A stretch of DNA of 63,908 nucleotides, filler included, from Intoshia linei (Eukaryota > Animalia > Orthonectida), in the NCBI GenBank assembly GCA_001642005.1. It is 4 parts of 4 records of this genome, joined end to end, with 100 filler letters (N's around TTAATTAATTAA, not from the genome) between each part and the next. Parts side by side here need not be neighbours in the genome. Positions count along the whole stretch, not along the records: positions 1 to 14,058 come from LWCA01000982.1; 3 more parts are not named here. One strand, given 5' to 3'. The notes under the pieces are model-generated. The model was not told where the DNA came from. It made no database searches and worked only from the letters and a program-made list of their open reading frames with translations. Within the stretch, counting starts at the first letter, position 1. The number at the start of each line of letters is the position of its first letter. The position numbers were made by a program, and so were the translations under genes. This document shows positions 1-12,118 of the stretch, piece after piece.

Positions 1-317
1 TTATTTACGGTCGTGATAGACAATAATATGCCATGCCTTTGTTTCACTTTTAATCGTACATCTTTTAATGAAATCCAACATTGATTATCTACTAAATCTT
101 GAATGTAGTCTACTATTGCTGGAGTGATTTTATTGTGTCTTTTACCCCCGCGAGCCTTTTTCTCGATTCTACCTTCTTTTTTAAAAACGGTTAATATGTT
201 TTTAACTGTGGACATTGGCATATCGAATATATTGGAAATTTCAGTTAATCGCCTTCCTTGTTCGTACTGATCAATTATACGTCTTCTGTCATTGTCCGTG
301 TATTTAGAATTCACCAT
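1..317 (-). mobile_element. IS630/Tc1-family transposase, N-terminal HTH region (runs off window start)
   Basis: Manual translation from ATG at 317: MVNSKYTDNDRRRIIDQYEQGRRLTEISNIFDMPMSTVKNILTVFKKEGRIEKKARGGKRHNKI..., typical paired-HTH plus RGG linker of IS630/Tc1 transposases. Confidence 0.75.
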
Positions 318-1355
318 TGTTTCTAAAATTACAAAAATTATCAATATACTAATTTAATATCCCTTTTATTCATATTATTAAACAAAGAAAATTAAATTTA
401 CCAAAATAGTCAATTCCAATGTATGTATCAAAATACAATGTATCAAGTGTATAATGAAAATGTATCAATATAAATCTACTAAATTGAACTTTATGTTCCG
501 TTATTCAAAGTTTGTGTTTATTAAATTGTATTGTAAACTTATTGTACACTAATTTTTTTTTTAAATATATCTACTGTCAATCGACATATCGAGCTTTACT
601 ATCTCGTTAATTTATTCTACTATCATTATAATTATTTCTTAATTTATCATTTATTTTAATTATGTGGTTAATGCTGAATGATGCATGAATTGGTTTTTTT
701 AGGAGAGTAGTGTTTCATTAAAGTCTTGAATTTGAGCCTATTTATAATTATTTAAAGCAATAATACATTATACAATAGTACAACCGTGCGGACGACTTTT
801 TTGGTAATAGTCGACTTTTTTTCAAAAAGGAAAGCCAAAATCGTCGAAATTTGCTGCTGGTTTAATTATTTGTTCAATCATATCAAATGGCTCCAAAACA
901 TCAGATAAGATTTGGAACTTTAAACCTACAAGGTGGAACGCTTAAAAAACAAATATTACAAAAAAAAACATTTTATGGTGTTTACACCAAGAAAATGTTT
1001 TCAGTCAGTTATAGCTAATATGACATTATAAATATTTAAGTGGTCAAGAGTTTTGATATACAATGACAATGGTTGTTAATGTAAACTATGAAACATCATT
1101 TAGAAAAATATACAATAAAGTTCATGATTATCATATTTAATCAACTTTTCAATTAAAAAATTAGTTTAACACATAATTAATAAAAATGTTGCTCCTAATC
1201 TATATTGATTTAAATTTCAAAATATTATGAGAAAAAAATTAACTTTGCAACGACGATTTAGTACAGTGGTTACTACGATGGAGTACATAATTGCAATCTC
1301 GAGAGGTACTCGGTTCAGATCCTTACCTGTCAAATATTTCAGAGAAATCAAAATA

Positions 1356-1626
1356 CAGTAGGGCGCTATTCATAACAATATTTTTTTGGTGTTGTAATGG
1401 AAAATGTAAACGTTAATATTATAATCTTTATTATTATATTTTAAAAATTTCGCTTGATTTCGATAATGTAAATAATAAATTTAATTTTATTTTACAAAGT
1501 CAACACAATGCATAATACAATTTAAACAGTACATTTCACTATACATTTACTATAGAAAATGTTACAATTGAACATCATTTTTCAACGTGTTGTAATGGAA
1601 AATGTTGTTATGAATAGCGCATACTG
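1356..1626. mobile_element. MITE, Tc1/pogo-type
   Basis: TIRs cagtagggcgctattcataacaa / ttgttatgaatagcgcatactg flanked by TA on both sides. Confidence 0.8.
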
Positions 1627-1927
1627 TACTGGATATTCAAGAGGATAAACATATAAGAAGATACTGTCTAACATAAGTGGTCAGAGAGAAGGTAGGGAAC
1701 GGTAGGGAGAGGAGAGAGATAGGAGGATACTGATAATAGGGTTGAGAACCACTACCCTAATGTATATATTAGATTTCATATTTGTTTTAATTATAATGAA
1801 GTTGTTAAAGTTTTATTCGAATTAATCTGTTTGTAATTTATTTCGTAGTCTGCTATTTGTCTCTTCTAATTAATTTATTATTTTACCCCACCGAAGTATT
1901 AATACGTCGTTCAATATTTATAAAATG

Positions 1928-2738
1928 CAGTATTCTCTCTATAACTCGCCATTCTTGGGATTTCGAAAAAGTTGGCGAGATAGAGAAAATAAAACTATAG
2001 AAACAATATCATAAAGTTAACGAATTTAACCAATAAATATAAATGAATAATAATTTATTACTATGATACTTTTTTGAAATAGTTACGTATATCAGATTTT
2101 CCTCATTCTCTATTAAAAGTTATATGATCATTTAGAGATTGTATTAATTTAATATCAATTATATTTCATTCCTCCTTCTCATACAAAAATTTTTCTACAG
2201 TTTGGAGTGAATGTATAAATTCATATGGAGTTGTTTTAATAACCGATGTATCGATAATAATCTTATCATTTTCAAATTGTTCGTCTAAACCAGATTCTAT
2301 GTTTAACGTAGAACATTCACTCATTATTTCATCTTTTTCAGTATATTCAATGTTTATAAATTCTTCCGTGATGGGGTCATGAATATTTAACGACTTTATG
2401 TAACATTTGTAATAAGATATTTTTTCATAATTTACATGCCCATTCTCATTACTAGGTAAATGTTTAAAACAATTCAAAATGGTTGATTGTGTTACTTTAT
2501 TCCAGGATAGATCCGCAAATATGATGGTATCTCTTAAGGTTAATTTTTTATAATCATCATATAGAGATTCACCTTTTTCAACCTTATTCAAAATAAATGA
2601 TAATTTGTAATTAAAATATTTTTTTAAACTTTTAAATTTTTATTTTTTTATTTAAAATAAATGGCGAGTTATAGAATAAAATGTTAAGGTTTCTATATTA
2701 CAATAATAATCATATGGCGAATTATAGAGAAAATACTG
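1928..2738 (-). mobile_element. Internally deleted pogo/Tigger element
   Basis: TIRs cagtattctctctataactcgccat / atggcgaattatagagaaaatactg; ORF 2166-2591 (LTLRDTIIFADLSWNKVTQSTILNCFKH) resembles the Tigger transposase C-terminal segment. Confidence 0.8.
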
Positions 2739-3298
2739 TACGTGTTTTTTTGTGTAAATTGTTTTGTAAATTTGTAATAGAAATAAAATAAAAATAGAAT
2801 TGTAATTAATATTACACGATTGAAATATTATTGAGCAATTTATACATTTCTATGAGGTTTGTTTCATTGTAGTATTCCAGAACCAAATCTTTTGGTTTAT
2901 TTGGAAAAATGTAATTTAAATATTTATTAATCTTTATCTAATTTGTATGTAATTATATAATAATATTATATATAATTATTGTAATTTATCACATTAATTT
3001 TAAATATATTTAATTATAATTATAATAAAACCATATTTATAATATCGAGAAAATTTCATTTTGCCAGAATTTTAATTTTGATGGCGACTATTTAATTCTT
3101 AAAGCAGTGGTTCCCGGTTCAAATAGTGTACGCACCCCCATTTCAAAATATTTACTTTTTTGTACCAAAGGAAACATTTATGCATTAATTATTAGGTGTT
3201 AGATTATTAACTCTACAGGTAATACCTGACTTTAAAGGTCAGTATTCCACATAAAAGCTATTTGAAAATGAATAATTTATTGACAAACAAATCAACAT

Positions 3299-4270
3299 TC
3301 AATTCATTAAAAAGTACAATTTTTTATTAAACACACCCACTCGTTTAACTTGAACCAAAATTTGAATAAAATGATAACAATCGAATTGGTCCGGGACAAC
3401 AGTTTTAATCACAGGAAATAAATCATCAGCATTCCAATATTTAAATAAATACAGATATTTAGATTTAGAGATTTGTTTTAAATAATCAACGTCACCTACA
3501 ACTCTAACACGTTTATTTAGTTCACCAATAAGAACATTGCACAATTCCTGAGAAATGAGAACAGTATTAATTATTAAGCTTAAATCATCGTATTCCTCTT
3601 GTAAAATTGGTCGAATGTCCAATTTTGAATACATTGAAACACTAGAGCCAGATTTAATAACCGTAGTCTTTCTAATATTTAATTTTTGAATGTTAGACTC
3701 TAATGGAGAATTTAATTGCATTTCAAAAGAATCACAATTATTATAGTGTTTGTTATTTTCAAGTAATTCTAAAACACTAGAATCTAATGTAGGACTAGGT
3801 ATTGAACTATTATTAAAATTTAATTCTTTCGGCCAATTCATTTTTTTCTCAGGGGAAGCGGGGTGAGCATAATTGGGAGAGTCTTTTTCAAAAAGGCTCA
3901 TATTTATTTTTGGAGTAATTATTAAATTTTTATCATTATCATCATTGTTTGGTATTATTGATACATCTTTTAAAGTTTCGTCATAGATTGAATATGTTGA
4001 GTCGATTTGGAGGTATGATTGTTCCAATTTTTCCAATAGTTTAGTTTGTTTGGTTACACGTTGGAGGTTTTCTTTGAATGTGGTATTCATTGAGTTTATT
4101 TTGATTATGCTAGTATCCAATATATTACAGTATTTTTCAATTATTTCGTTCAATTCTTCCTTGTCTTCTAATGACAATTCTATGCAAGGTTTGTTTTTAG
4201 ATAGTTGTTGATGCTTTTTTAGGTTCAAGTCTATATTTATCAATTCATTCTTTAAATTTTCAAAATACAT
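3299..4270 (-). CDS. Intronless protein, probable Ska complex subunit (Ska3-like)
   Basis: Long open frame (first ATG at 4270) with N-terminal coiled coil, S/TP-rich middle (ITPK, DSPN, ASPEK, PSPT, NSPL) and C-terminal IRPILQEEYDDL...ISQELCNVLIGELNK...ILVQVKRV resembling the Ska winged-helix domain. The gene is likely real; the identity is inferred. Confidence 0.55.
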   Translation of the reverse strand: MYFENLKNELINIDLNLKKHQQLSKNKPCIELSLEDKEELNEIIEKYCNILDTSIIKINSMNTTFKENLQRVTKQTKLLEKLEQSYLQIDSTYSIYDETLKDVSIIPNNDDNDKNLIITPKINMSLFEKDSPNYAHPASPEKKMNWPKELNFNNSSIPSPTLDSSVLELLENNKHYNNCDSFEMQLNSPLESNIQKLNIRKTTVIKSGSSVSMYSKLDIRPILQEEYDDLSLIINTVLISQELCNVLIGELNKRVRVVGDVDYLKQISKSKYLYLFKYWNADDLFPVIKTVVPDQFDCYHFIQILVQVKRVGVFNKKLYFLMN

Positions 4271-4325
4271 TTTATTTAAATACACTTTAAAAATTAATTT
4301 ACATTACAAAGTTGAATTTTTATTA

Positions 4326-4335
4326 TTTCGCGCCA
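4326..4335 (-). promoter_or_regulatory. E2F-type site TGGCGCGAAA upstream of Ska3-like gene
   Basis: Canonical TTTCGCGCC about 55 nt upstream of the ATG in GC-poor DNA. Confidence 0.4.
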
Positions 4336-4699
4336 TTTTTTGTTATCATAGATATAGTGATTCACGATCTTGTTAGTCATGTTTGCAATGAATATGATCA
4401 ATACAGAGATTACTAATAATATATATTAATAATATACGAAAATTTATTAGATATATTTTGTTAAACAAACTTTTAAGTTGTTTTTAAGAAGCACAAGTTA
4501 AATTAATCTTTCACAATATATTCGTAAAAATTTATTTTCATAATAAATTTTTTAATTGCACATTTTTCGATAATTATATTTTTAATATGTTATAAAATAA
4601 ATTACTAATTATAATGCTAATTATTAATTAGCATTACTATTATTACACTTTATATAGATTTTAACTACTTATTTAAGAATAAAATAGCAAGTAAATGTT

Positions 4700-5175
4700 T
4701 AATCATTAATAATTTCATGTTCGCATTTTATCAAATAGGGTAGCATTTTCCTATATAAACTATCACAATGCACGAATAATATTTCTTCAAATGAGTTGGT
4801 TACTTTTTCTTTAAGTTGCATTTCTGTTTGGACACACGCCCTTTTGATAATATTCTTCCATACTGAGAATACATTCTCGATTCAATTCAGAAATGGCGAA
4901 TACGGTAGTAAGTAATTAAGATTAAGGGATAGATTTTGTATAATTTCCGAAATGCCTTAAAAAGTTATATAAACAGTATTTTTATAATGGTGGATGCGTG
5001 CATTGTCCATTGTAAATATAGGATCGATAATAATTTTAGCCAAACATTTTTCTTTCAGCTCAATGAAACATATTTGGGTCAGGAATAAATTGTATTTTTT
5101 TATTGTATCATATGCTTCATTAATAGTAAACGACTCTTTTTCTATGTTAATAACACCTAATATATTTGTATACTC
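4700..5175 (-). pseudogene. Decayed IS630/Tc1 transposase catalytic (DDE_3) fragment
   Basis: Minus strand gives FTMDNARIHHYKN and LLPYSPFLN*IENVFSVWK motifs. Confidence 0.8.
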
Positions 5176-5190
5176 GTTTAATTCGATTAA

Positions 5191-5820
5191 TCCTAACTTA
5201 TATAATATGCGACGCGATTTTTGTTTGTGTGTGTGTCCCCTACTTTATTGAAATAACTAGCACTCTTAGAATTTTTTAAAGACCACATTTCAATTACAGT
5301 TTTTTACGGGACGTATAGTAAGATAAATTTTAATATCCCAATTTCACATCTTAAGGGTCAAAAACCCCTGTTGTCCCTCTTTTTGAAAATTAAACGAATT
5401 GAAGAATTTAAAACAATATATACGCTAATGCGGATTTTAAAATCATAAACATTATCATAAATTTAAATTAATTATATCTTTATGGCCAAAACCCCAAATT
5501 CCCTTCCTTTTTTTTTTGAAAACAGAGCTAGAATTTCAAAAAATTTACAGGTGGTAGAGTTGTATCATGTTAATACACATAAAAAATTTCAATCCGAATA
5601 AGTAACGACTTCACGGTCAAAAAAGCATTTTTGAAAGAAAAGAAAAAGCTCCAAAAAAGATAATATATTAAAAATTATTTTTCACCGGGAATGCGTAGAT
5701 TTCTGGGGTTGAACTTTTGTATTTATATCAACTGGAATAAGCTCTACAGAAAAATCTATTTTTTTTTTTAATTTTCTGACCGTTAATTATTTCACATTTT
5801 TTGTTTTAATAAAATATTTC
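5191..5820 (+). mobile_element. Non-autonomous Helitron, 3'-truncated copy
   Basis: Starts A|TCCTAACTTATATAATATG followed by a (GT)n tract; homologous to copies at 17257-17985 and 44419-45340. Confidence 0.7.
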
Positions 5821-6461
5821 GGAGCCTTTAATAATAATAAGCCTTTAAAGTTCTGAAATTCGTAGCATATTCAAATCTTTTCTGCAAAGTGCTAATACAA
5901 TTTCGTCTAATGGGAACTGCCACAAGTGATTTTAGAGTATAATGAAAGAAAGTGTTTCTAAGATTAAATAAATATAAAAGAGCAGGTGTATTTGTTTAAC
6001 CGATCAATATTTATTTTAACCATTATTTCCTCACTTTATATTTTTCACTGCAATTGCATCATTATTTTTTGAAAGCTAAAAGTTTCAAACAATTATTTGA
6101 TAATTCAATTCATTTTATAAATACAATCTTCATTGTATTCTTACACAAAGACTCGCTTCCCGATTTGTCAATTTCAAAACTTATTCAGTTAGTAATTTTA
6201 TTATAACATAAATACTTGCACAATTACCGTTACAGTAATTTTGTGTTGAGTTTAACTTATTATTTGTACTTTTCGACTCCCATAAACATAGTTGTCATTA
6301 TAATATTATGTTACAAATTATGAAAAATATTCATATAATAATGTACTTCCATTATTAATTATTTTGTATCGCTTTAGTGCAATTATTTTATATTAAAATA
6401 TTTTCGTTCATATTTTACTGACAGATAAATTGATTATCTTACGCTAGTACATTGTGTACGT

Positions 6462-9040
6462 TGTAGTATTTTGAATGGCGATGCACAAAATTAGAGTTGG
6501 GATCTTTTATTCAGTTAAACAAAAAATTACAATAAAATATGTATTGAATGATTTTCGTCGATAATATAATTATGAAATTATAATTTCATATATATATATA
6601 TAATTATATATAATTATATATAATATCTATTTCCCAAATTTGATTTACTCTATCCGTTAGGATTGTTTTTAATTTAGTGGGATGTAAGGTTCGTCCAGAT
6701 TTGTTAGTGTTACATTTGAAACATTTTGTTATGAAAGTTGTAGTGTCTCGCGTGTAGTTTGGCCAAAAATAGTTTAAACCTATGTTTTGAATAGTTTTGG
6801 TAATTCCCGTGTGAGTGAAGAATTTTGATTGATGTAAAAATTCTAGTAGATTTTTCTTTACACTGTTTGGAACAATTATTCGGTTTCATTGCTGTATACG
6901 AGGAGATGGTAATCTACAAAAACGGCACAACTTAAATAATTATAATTACATAGCAATGAAAATACAATACAATGAAATACCGAAACTACACTGATATAAC
7001 GCAATTTCACTTAACATTTGACCTATATTAGATTTTATAGAATTCATCCACTACAGACCTAAGTTAAAACTGAAATATTAAGATTAATTTTTTACCTAAA
7101 AACCATATTACAAAAAAATTAAAAATACACAATAATGTTTTGTAGTGAAAAATAGTTACGCTGTTAAAAAGTGTTAATTATTGGTTATTATAATTATTAG
7201 TCTCTATTTTGCAATATTCGCTGTTATTAACGCAGTGAAATTAGTTTTAATTATTACAAGCCGAAATTTGAAAATGTTAACTACGAAAATGAATTAATTA
7301 CAACAATCATCTTTTAATCTCAAGTTCTACTTGTGATCATATTAATACAATTATATTTTCATTGCTATGTAAGTCTAATTATTTAAGTTGTGTCGTTTTT
7401 GTCTGTGCCGTTTTTATCTACAATCTACTACTATCTGAATGTCTCTTTTATGTATTTTGTTAATGTGTTTTGCGTAAGGGTTGTTCTTTGATATTGGTAG
7501 CTTAGTTTCAATGTATTTCAATATTTCTTGGTAGTTAATTTGAGTGTCGAGTATTTTGAATTGATCCTGAACGAAATTAATATTGTTGATTATTTGGTCT
7601 TTCGTCAAAGGCTCTCTTGGTAGTTTGTCTTCCCAGGCTTGTGACGATGTCAAAATCAAAATTTTGGATACTGAATATCTCTGAATTGTCTGCTTGTCGG
7701 TAATTTTGTATCACGTATATTAACTAAGGGTTTATGATCAGTAATGACTGTGAATATTTTTCCCATTAGATGATATGCAAACTTATTTTCTGCCCATTTA
7801 ATTGCGTAAAGTTCTTTGTCTGTTGTTCAATTATTCAATTGAGCGGAGTTTTTACTGGCATATTGAATTATGTGGTCTTCTTGTTTGAGCACCACTCCAA
7901 CGCCATAATCATATGCATCTGTTTCAATAGTGTAACTTTTTAATAGATCTGGTATTGCTAAAATTGGTGATGTTATTTTACGTTTCAATGAAATAAATGA
8001 ATGTTGACATTCATCAGACCAATCAATCTTGACTGATTTTTTAGTAGAATGACAATCGGAGAGGAAATGTGGGTAAAATTAGGAATACATTTTCTTAGAT
8101 AGTTGCATGCACCCAGGAATCTCCTGACATGTTTGAATTTTTGGGTGCTTTAATAGCTAAAATAGCTACTTTGCGTGTATAATTTACTAATACAGAATTT
8201 GGTTTAATTGTGTGATCAAGATAGGTTAGATGTGATTTAGCGAATATACATTTATTTGGATTTACAGTTATATTGGCAGTAGATTTAAGTCCACAGTTTT
8301 GACAGTTTACATTTGATTGCGATGAAATTGATATTTGTTTCTTGAGAGAGAATTGTTTCGTTATTTTATGTATGTTTTCTTCGTTGTTGTACAGAGATAT
8401 AACACTTAATATGGAAGGATTCTTCAATTTTATTATATCCGTTAAAATGTTTTTTTGTGCAGTGGATAGCGATATGATCTCGTATTGATTCCTCTTCACT
8501 TGAAAAATTGCATTTGTTAGCTTGAATTCGAATTCTATGAACGTACTGATCTATGTCTTCGTTATTCAACATTCTCATGCATGACATTTCTATACGGGCA
8601 GAAATTGTGTTTATACTTGACCATGTACCAATTATATGTTTTATAACAGTTGCACTTAATAATTCCGCTTTGATATTTTTTGTTTCTATATTTAATATCG
8701 ATCTGGCTATAGATCCTGTTTGCTCGGAGTACCGTGGTTTCTGATATGTCATTTTTTTGCAATGTTGTTGAATGTTTTCCCAAAACTTTTTAAAATTTTT
8801 CAACCAGGAGTTAGCATCCATAATTAATTTTCTATCCTGGCTAAATAAATCGCCTGGTGGTCCGTAGAGTTTTGATAATAGATTTTTTGAAAATATTTTC
8901 CATCATTTATTTTTGCATATTTAAACTAATGTAATTTTGTAGTATTTTGAATGGCGATGCACAAAATTAGAGTTGGAATCTTTTATTCAGTTAAACAGAA
9001 AGTTACAATGTATTGAATGATTTTTGTCGATAATATAATT
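6462..9040 (-). mobile_element. Decayed Ty3/gypsy LTR retrotransposon
   Basis: Direct repeats 6462-6570 and 8938-9040 (tgtagtattttgaatggcgatgcacaaaattagag..., ending CA on the minus strand); gag-like ORF 8366-8821; RT tail (KCIFAKSHLTYLDH); RNase H (IETDAYDYGVGVVLKQ...KELYAIKWA...VITDHKPL); integrase H2C2 finger (H..HTGITKT..YFWP..KCFKC) at ~6700-6890; many stops, frameshifts and deletions. Confidence 0.85.
6918..7415. mobile_element. MITE inserted into gypsy pol
   Basis: ~50 bp TIRs (aaaaacggcacaacttaaataatt...ttacatagcaatgaaaat and its reverse complement); ATCTAC on both flanks; splits pol between DIQIVVD and YHLLVY. Confidence 0.75.
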
Positions 9041-9508
9041 TCGTATCAATAGTACTCGTTATTTTCCTCATTTATTGTAATCTAATATAATGTGATAAAA
9101 TAGTAATAAAGTAAATATGTAAATAAGTAATGTAGTAAAGTAATAAGAACTATGTTGTTATATTACTTACATTTTCCTCCGACTCAACCTCTTACATGTA
9201 AACAGGTGGCAACTGAGCGGATAGCAGATCAGTATGCTAGTACATTGTGTACGTTGTATCCCGACTTGACCTCTTACATGTAAACAGGATGTAAATGAGC
9301 GACCGGGACGCTCTTAGTGGGTTTTTAACTATTGAATTGTTTTCACAAGAACCAAAATATTTCCATTATAATTTTATTCAAATTTCCAGAATCATATTAT
9401 ATTAATCAAGTCAGTCCGATTGATACTCATTAATTTCACATATATTGTTCATATGAAATTATAAATATCACTTTAATTAACTGTTATTATGTTAATTAAC
9501 TAAATTCT

Positions 9509-9612
9509 TTCAATTATCTAGTTCCTATCAAGAATCCAGAAATTATTTTGTATACGTTTTTTTTTAAAATAAATGTTTAGTAACGTTCTTTGTATTGCAG
9601 GAATGCCCACCC
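9509..9612. repeat. Left direct repeat flanking the viral element
   Basis: About 90% identical by eye to 12119-12222. Confidence 0.85.
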
Positions 9613-11727
9613 CCACAAACTCGTGGAGAGGACGTGATCATAAGGACCCCAGTACCATTGTGTAAATTATCTAGAAACACCATTATTGAAATAAGTAGCA
9701 ATCTCATTTTGTGTAATAGCAGGTCTAAAAAGGCCCATTAGTTGTCTATAATGAAATTTTGTTGCCACAACTCTGATTTCAATTTCCATATCGAATCTGA
9801 TGCCATATGCTTGATAGAGTCTTGCTTGTATGTATGGTTCATTCAAGAGATCTAAAACAGGATTTATTCTGACAAAAGATGTAGAGGTAAGATTGCTGTT
9901 ATTTAGGGTTATAGTCTTTGAAAGAAAAAATCTTTCAAGAGATTTCGAGTAATCGTTTGCTCCATTCATATGAGGCGTCCATGACTGGTAAGTTTTGTGT
10001 TTTTATGTCAGTAATTTGATATGCTACTTCCACGAATTGCGTTAGGTTCTGACTGGTTGTACTAGGTTCTCCATCACCTATTTGTGTTTTATTAATTTGT
10101 CTGTCAGCAATATCGAGGGGAAAAAATTGACTATTGCTTAGAATCCCATAGGTAGGGTCACTAAGAAAGATATTGGAAAGATCCAATGGTGCTCCTGGTA
10201 TGTAGTTATTCATTATTTCGTCATAAAATAGTATTTCCAAATTGTTACTATCAATTAAGTACTGATATGTTTTCATTTCTATATCAAAAGACTTTTTTCC
10301 ATGGTAAAATAGTTCGAGCGAGGCTGTAACAAATAGTTCAGTATACAATTGGTTTTGGGACCAGTTTTTTGTCTCAGTGGTTTTTCGCCAATACATTATA
10401 AAGTGTTTTATCTTGCGTACAGGCATCGGCATCATCCAAAGTCCATTATTTCTAACAATACTTCTTTGCAAAAAATTTATCTCATTAAAATTTATCAAAG
10501 AAATGTTGTCTGTTTTATCAACAACTGTATATGTAATTCCCATAAGGGACATCTGCTTGACTATTGCTTTAGTAGCTGGAAGGTCGTCATTGTAAACTGC
10601 AATTATGTGGTAATCCCCATAGGTGGCCACTGGCCAGTGACAATATAGGAATTTTTAATGTATTGAAAGTTTTTCTAATAATAAGTGCATAAGCCAGTTA
10701 AGTAAAGTCCAGAAGGCATGCCTTGGCTTGTTCTATAGATAAGTATGTTTAAAACTATGTCCCCTTCACAACTATTTTTAGGTTGAAAAACGGCTCTTGC
10801 TATACTAAATCTTTATAATGAGTAAGAATTATTATACCATTCATTGATAAGATTAACTAATTCCATAAAAACTTCAAAAGGTATCGATCTGTCTGAAGAG
10901 GCGACATCTCCGCACAAATAGCTCACATCAGCACCATTAAATTGTAAATAAGTTGCCAAAGTCTCAACATCTCGTGCTTCAATGCTCAGGCCAATCTTAA
11001 CCGGACATGAGTTGTTCAGATACATTACATGTTGTACAAATGAACCAAACAAACTTTTCAAAACTAAGTTCATATCCAATGATAAAACACAGAATATTCT
11101 GGCTTTGTCCTTAAGTTCTTTTTTGAGTGACTTTTTCTTTGGTTACTTTCTCATCTTTCAACATGTCCATTATAAGGAAATCTGGAATCTTGCTAACAGA
11201 AATCAGTTCCCATATATCATTATAAGAAAAAGTCAACTCTGGCGATATTGTCATAGAGTCAAAATCAATCAAAGAATTTCTTGTATGCCCATTGATATCC
11301 TGTTGACGCGGTTGAAGAAATACATTTTATACCCATATTTTCATTGCCAAACACAGCTTTATTTAAGGTAAGGACCTTCTGTTTATTGTTTACGGGTTTG
11401 TAAATATTGTTTAACCACTGTTTTTCTTCATCAAAATAATTTGGATTTATTCCTATCACTAGTTTTAACGATTTCTGGAAGAGACGATACATAGGTGTTT
11501 GCCCATCAATCAATCCTTTCAATGGAGATGGAGAGTAGTCACATTCATCAGTGTAGAGTGGTGATTTTAAAATTTGACTTTTTTTATTTACGTAGAGATG
11601 GGGTTTTTCATGGGCTATGTATTCAACAGCCGTGGCCTCTGAACTAAATATAGGATCTATCATTCATAGAGATCATTCTGAATCTATTATTCAGGCATTA
11701 ATGACTGTATTTCTCCATTGTTCGTCA
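9613..11727 (-). other. Endogenous viral element: decayed Picornavirales-like RdRp followed by jelly-roll capsid (VP2-like) N-terminus
   Basis: Ordered picorna-like RdRp motifs across broken frames: KSQILKSPLY; KVLTLNKAVFG..ISSTASTGYQW (G); LKDEKV..KARIF (F); GDVASSDRS (A); GMPSG (B); TYGDY (C, decayed YGDD); GITYTVVDK (D); FLQR (E). Then capsid-like RLYQAYGIRFDMEIEIRVVATKFHYRQL. Confidence 0.9.
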
Positions 11728-12070
11728 TTTTTTATGTGTGTTAACAGGATACAACTGTACAACCTGTAAATTTTTTGAAATTCTAGGGAAAAAAAGGAAG
11801 TGTAATGTATGGTTTGGCCCTGAAGATATAATTTTTTTAAATTTTCCAACTCGTTTGATTTTCAAAAAGGGGGACAACAAGGGTTTTTGACCGGTAAAAT
11901 GTGAAATTAGGAGGTTGAAATTTATCTTAATATACGTTCCGAAAAAAACTGTAATTGAAATGTGGTCTTTAAAAAGTTATAAGACGGGTAGTTATTTAAA
12001 TAAAGCTTAACATACACACACACACACACTAACAAACAAAAATCGCGTAGCCTTTTATATAAGTAATGAT
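11728..12070 (-). mobile_element. Helitron 5' fragment abutting the viral element
   Basis: Reverse complement of 5191-5590 / 44419-44850, including the (CA)n tract and 5' terminus. Confidence 0.7.
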
Positions 12071-12118
12071 TTTGTGGAAGAGATTTATAATTATTATTTT
12101 AATTTAGAATCTATTCAA

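Noticed and set aside
10349-11371. Plus-strand ORFs overlapping the EVE (possible ambisense genes)
   Set aside because: Short antisense shadows of the viral frame with no recognisable motifs.
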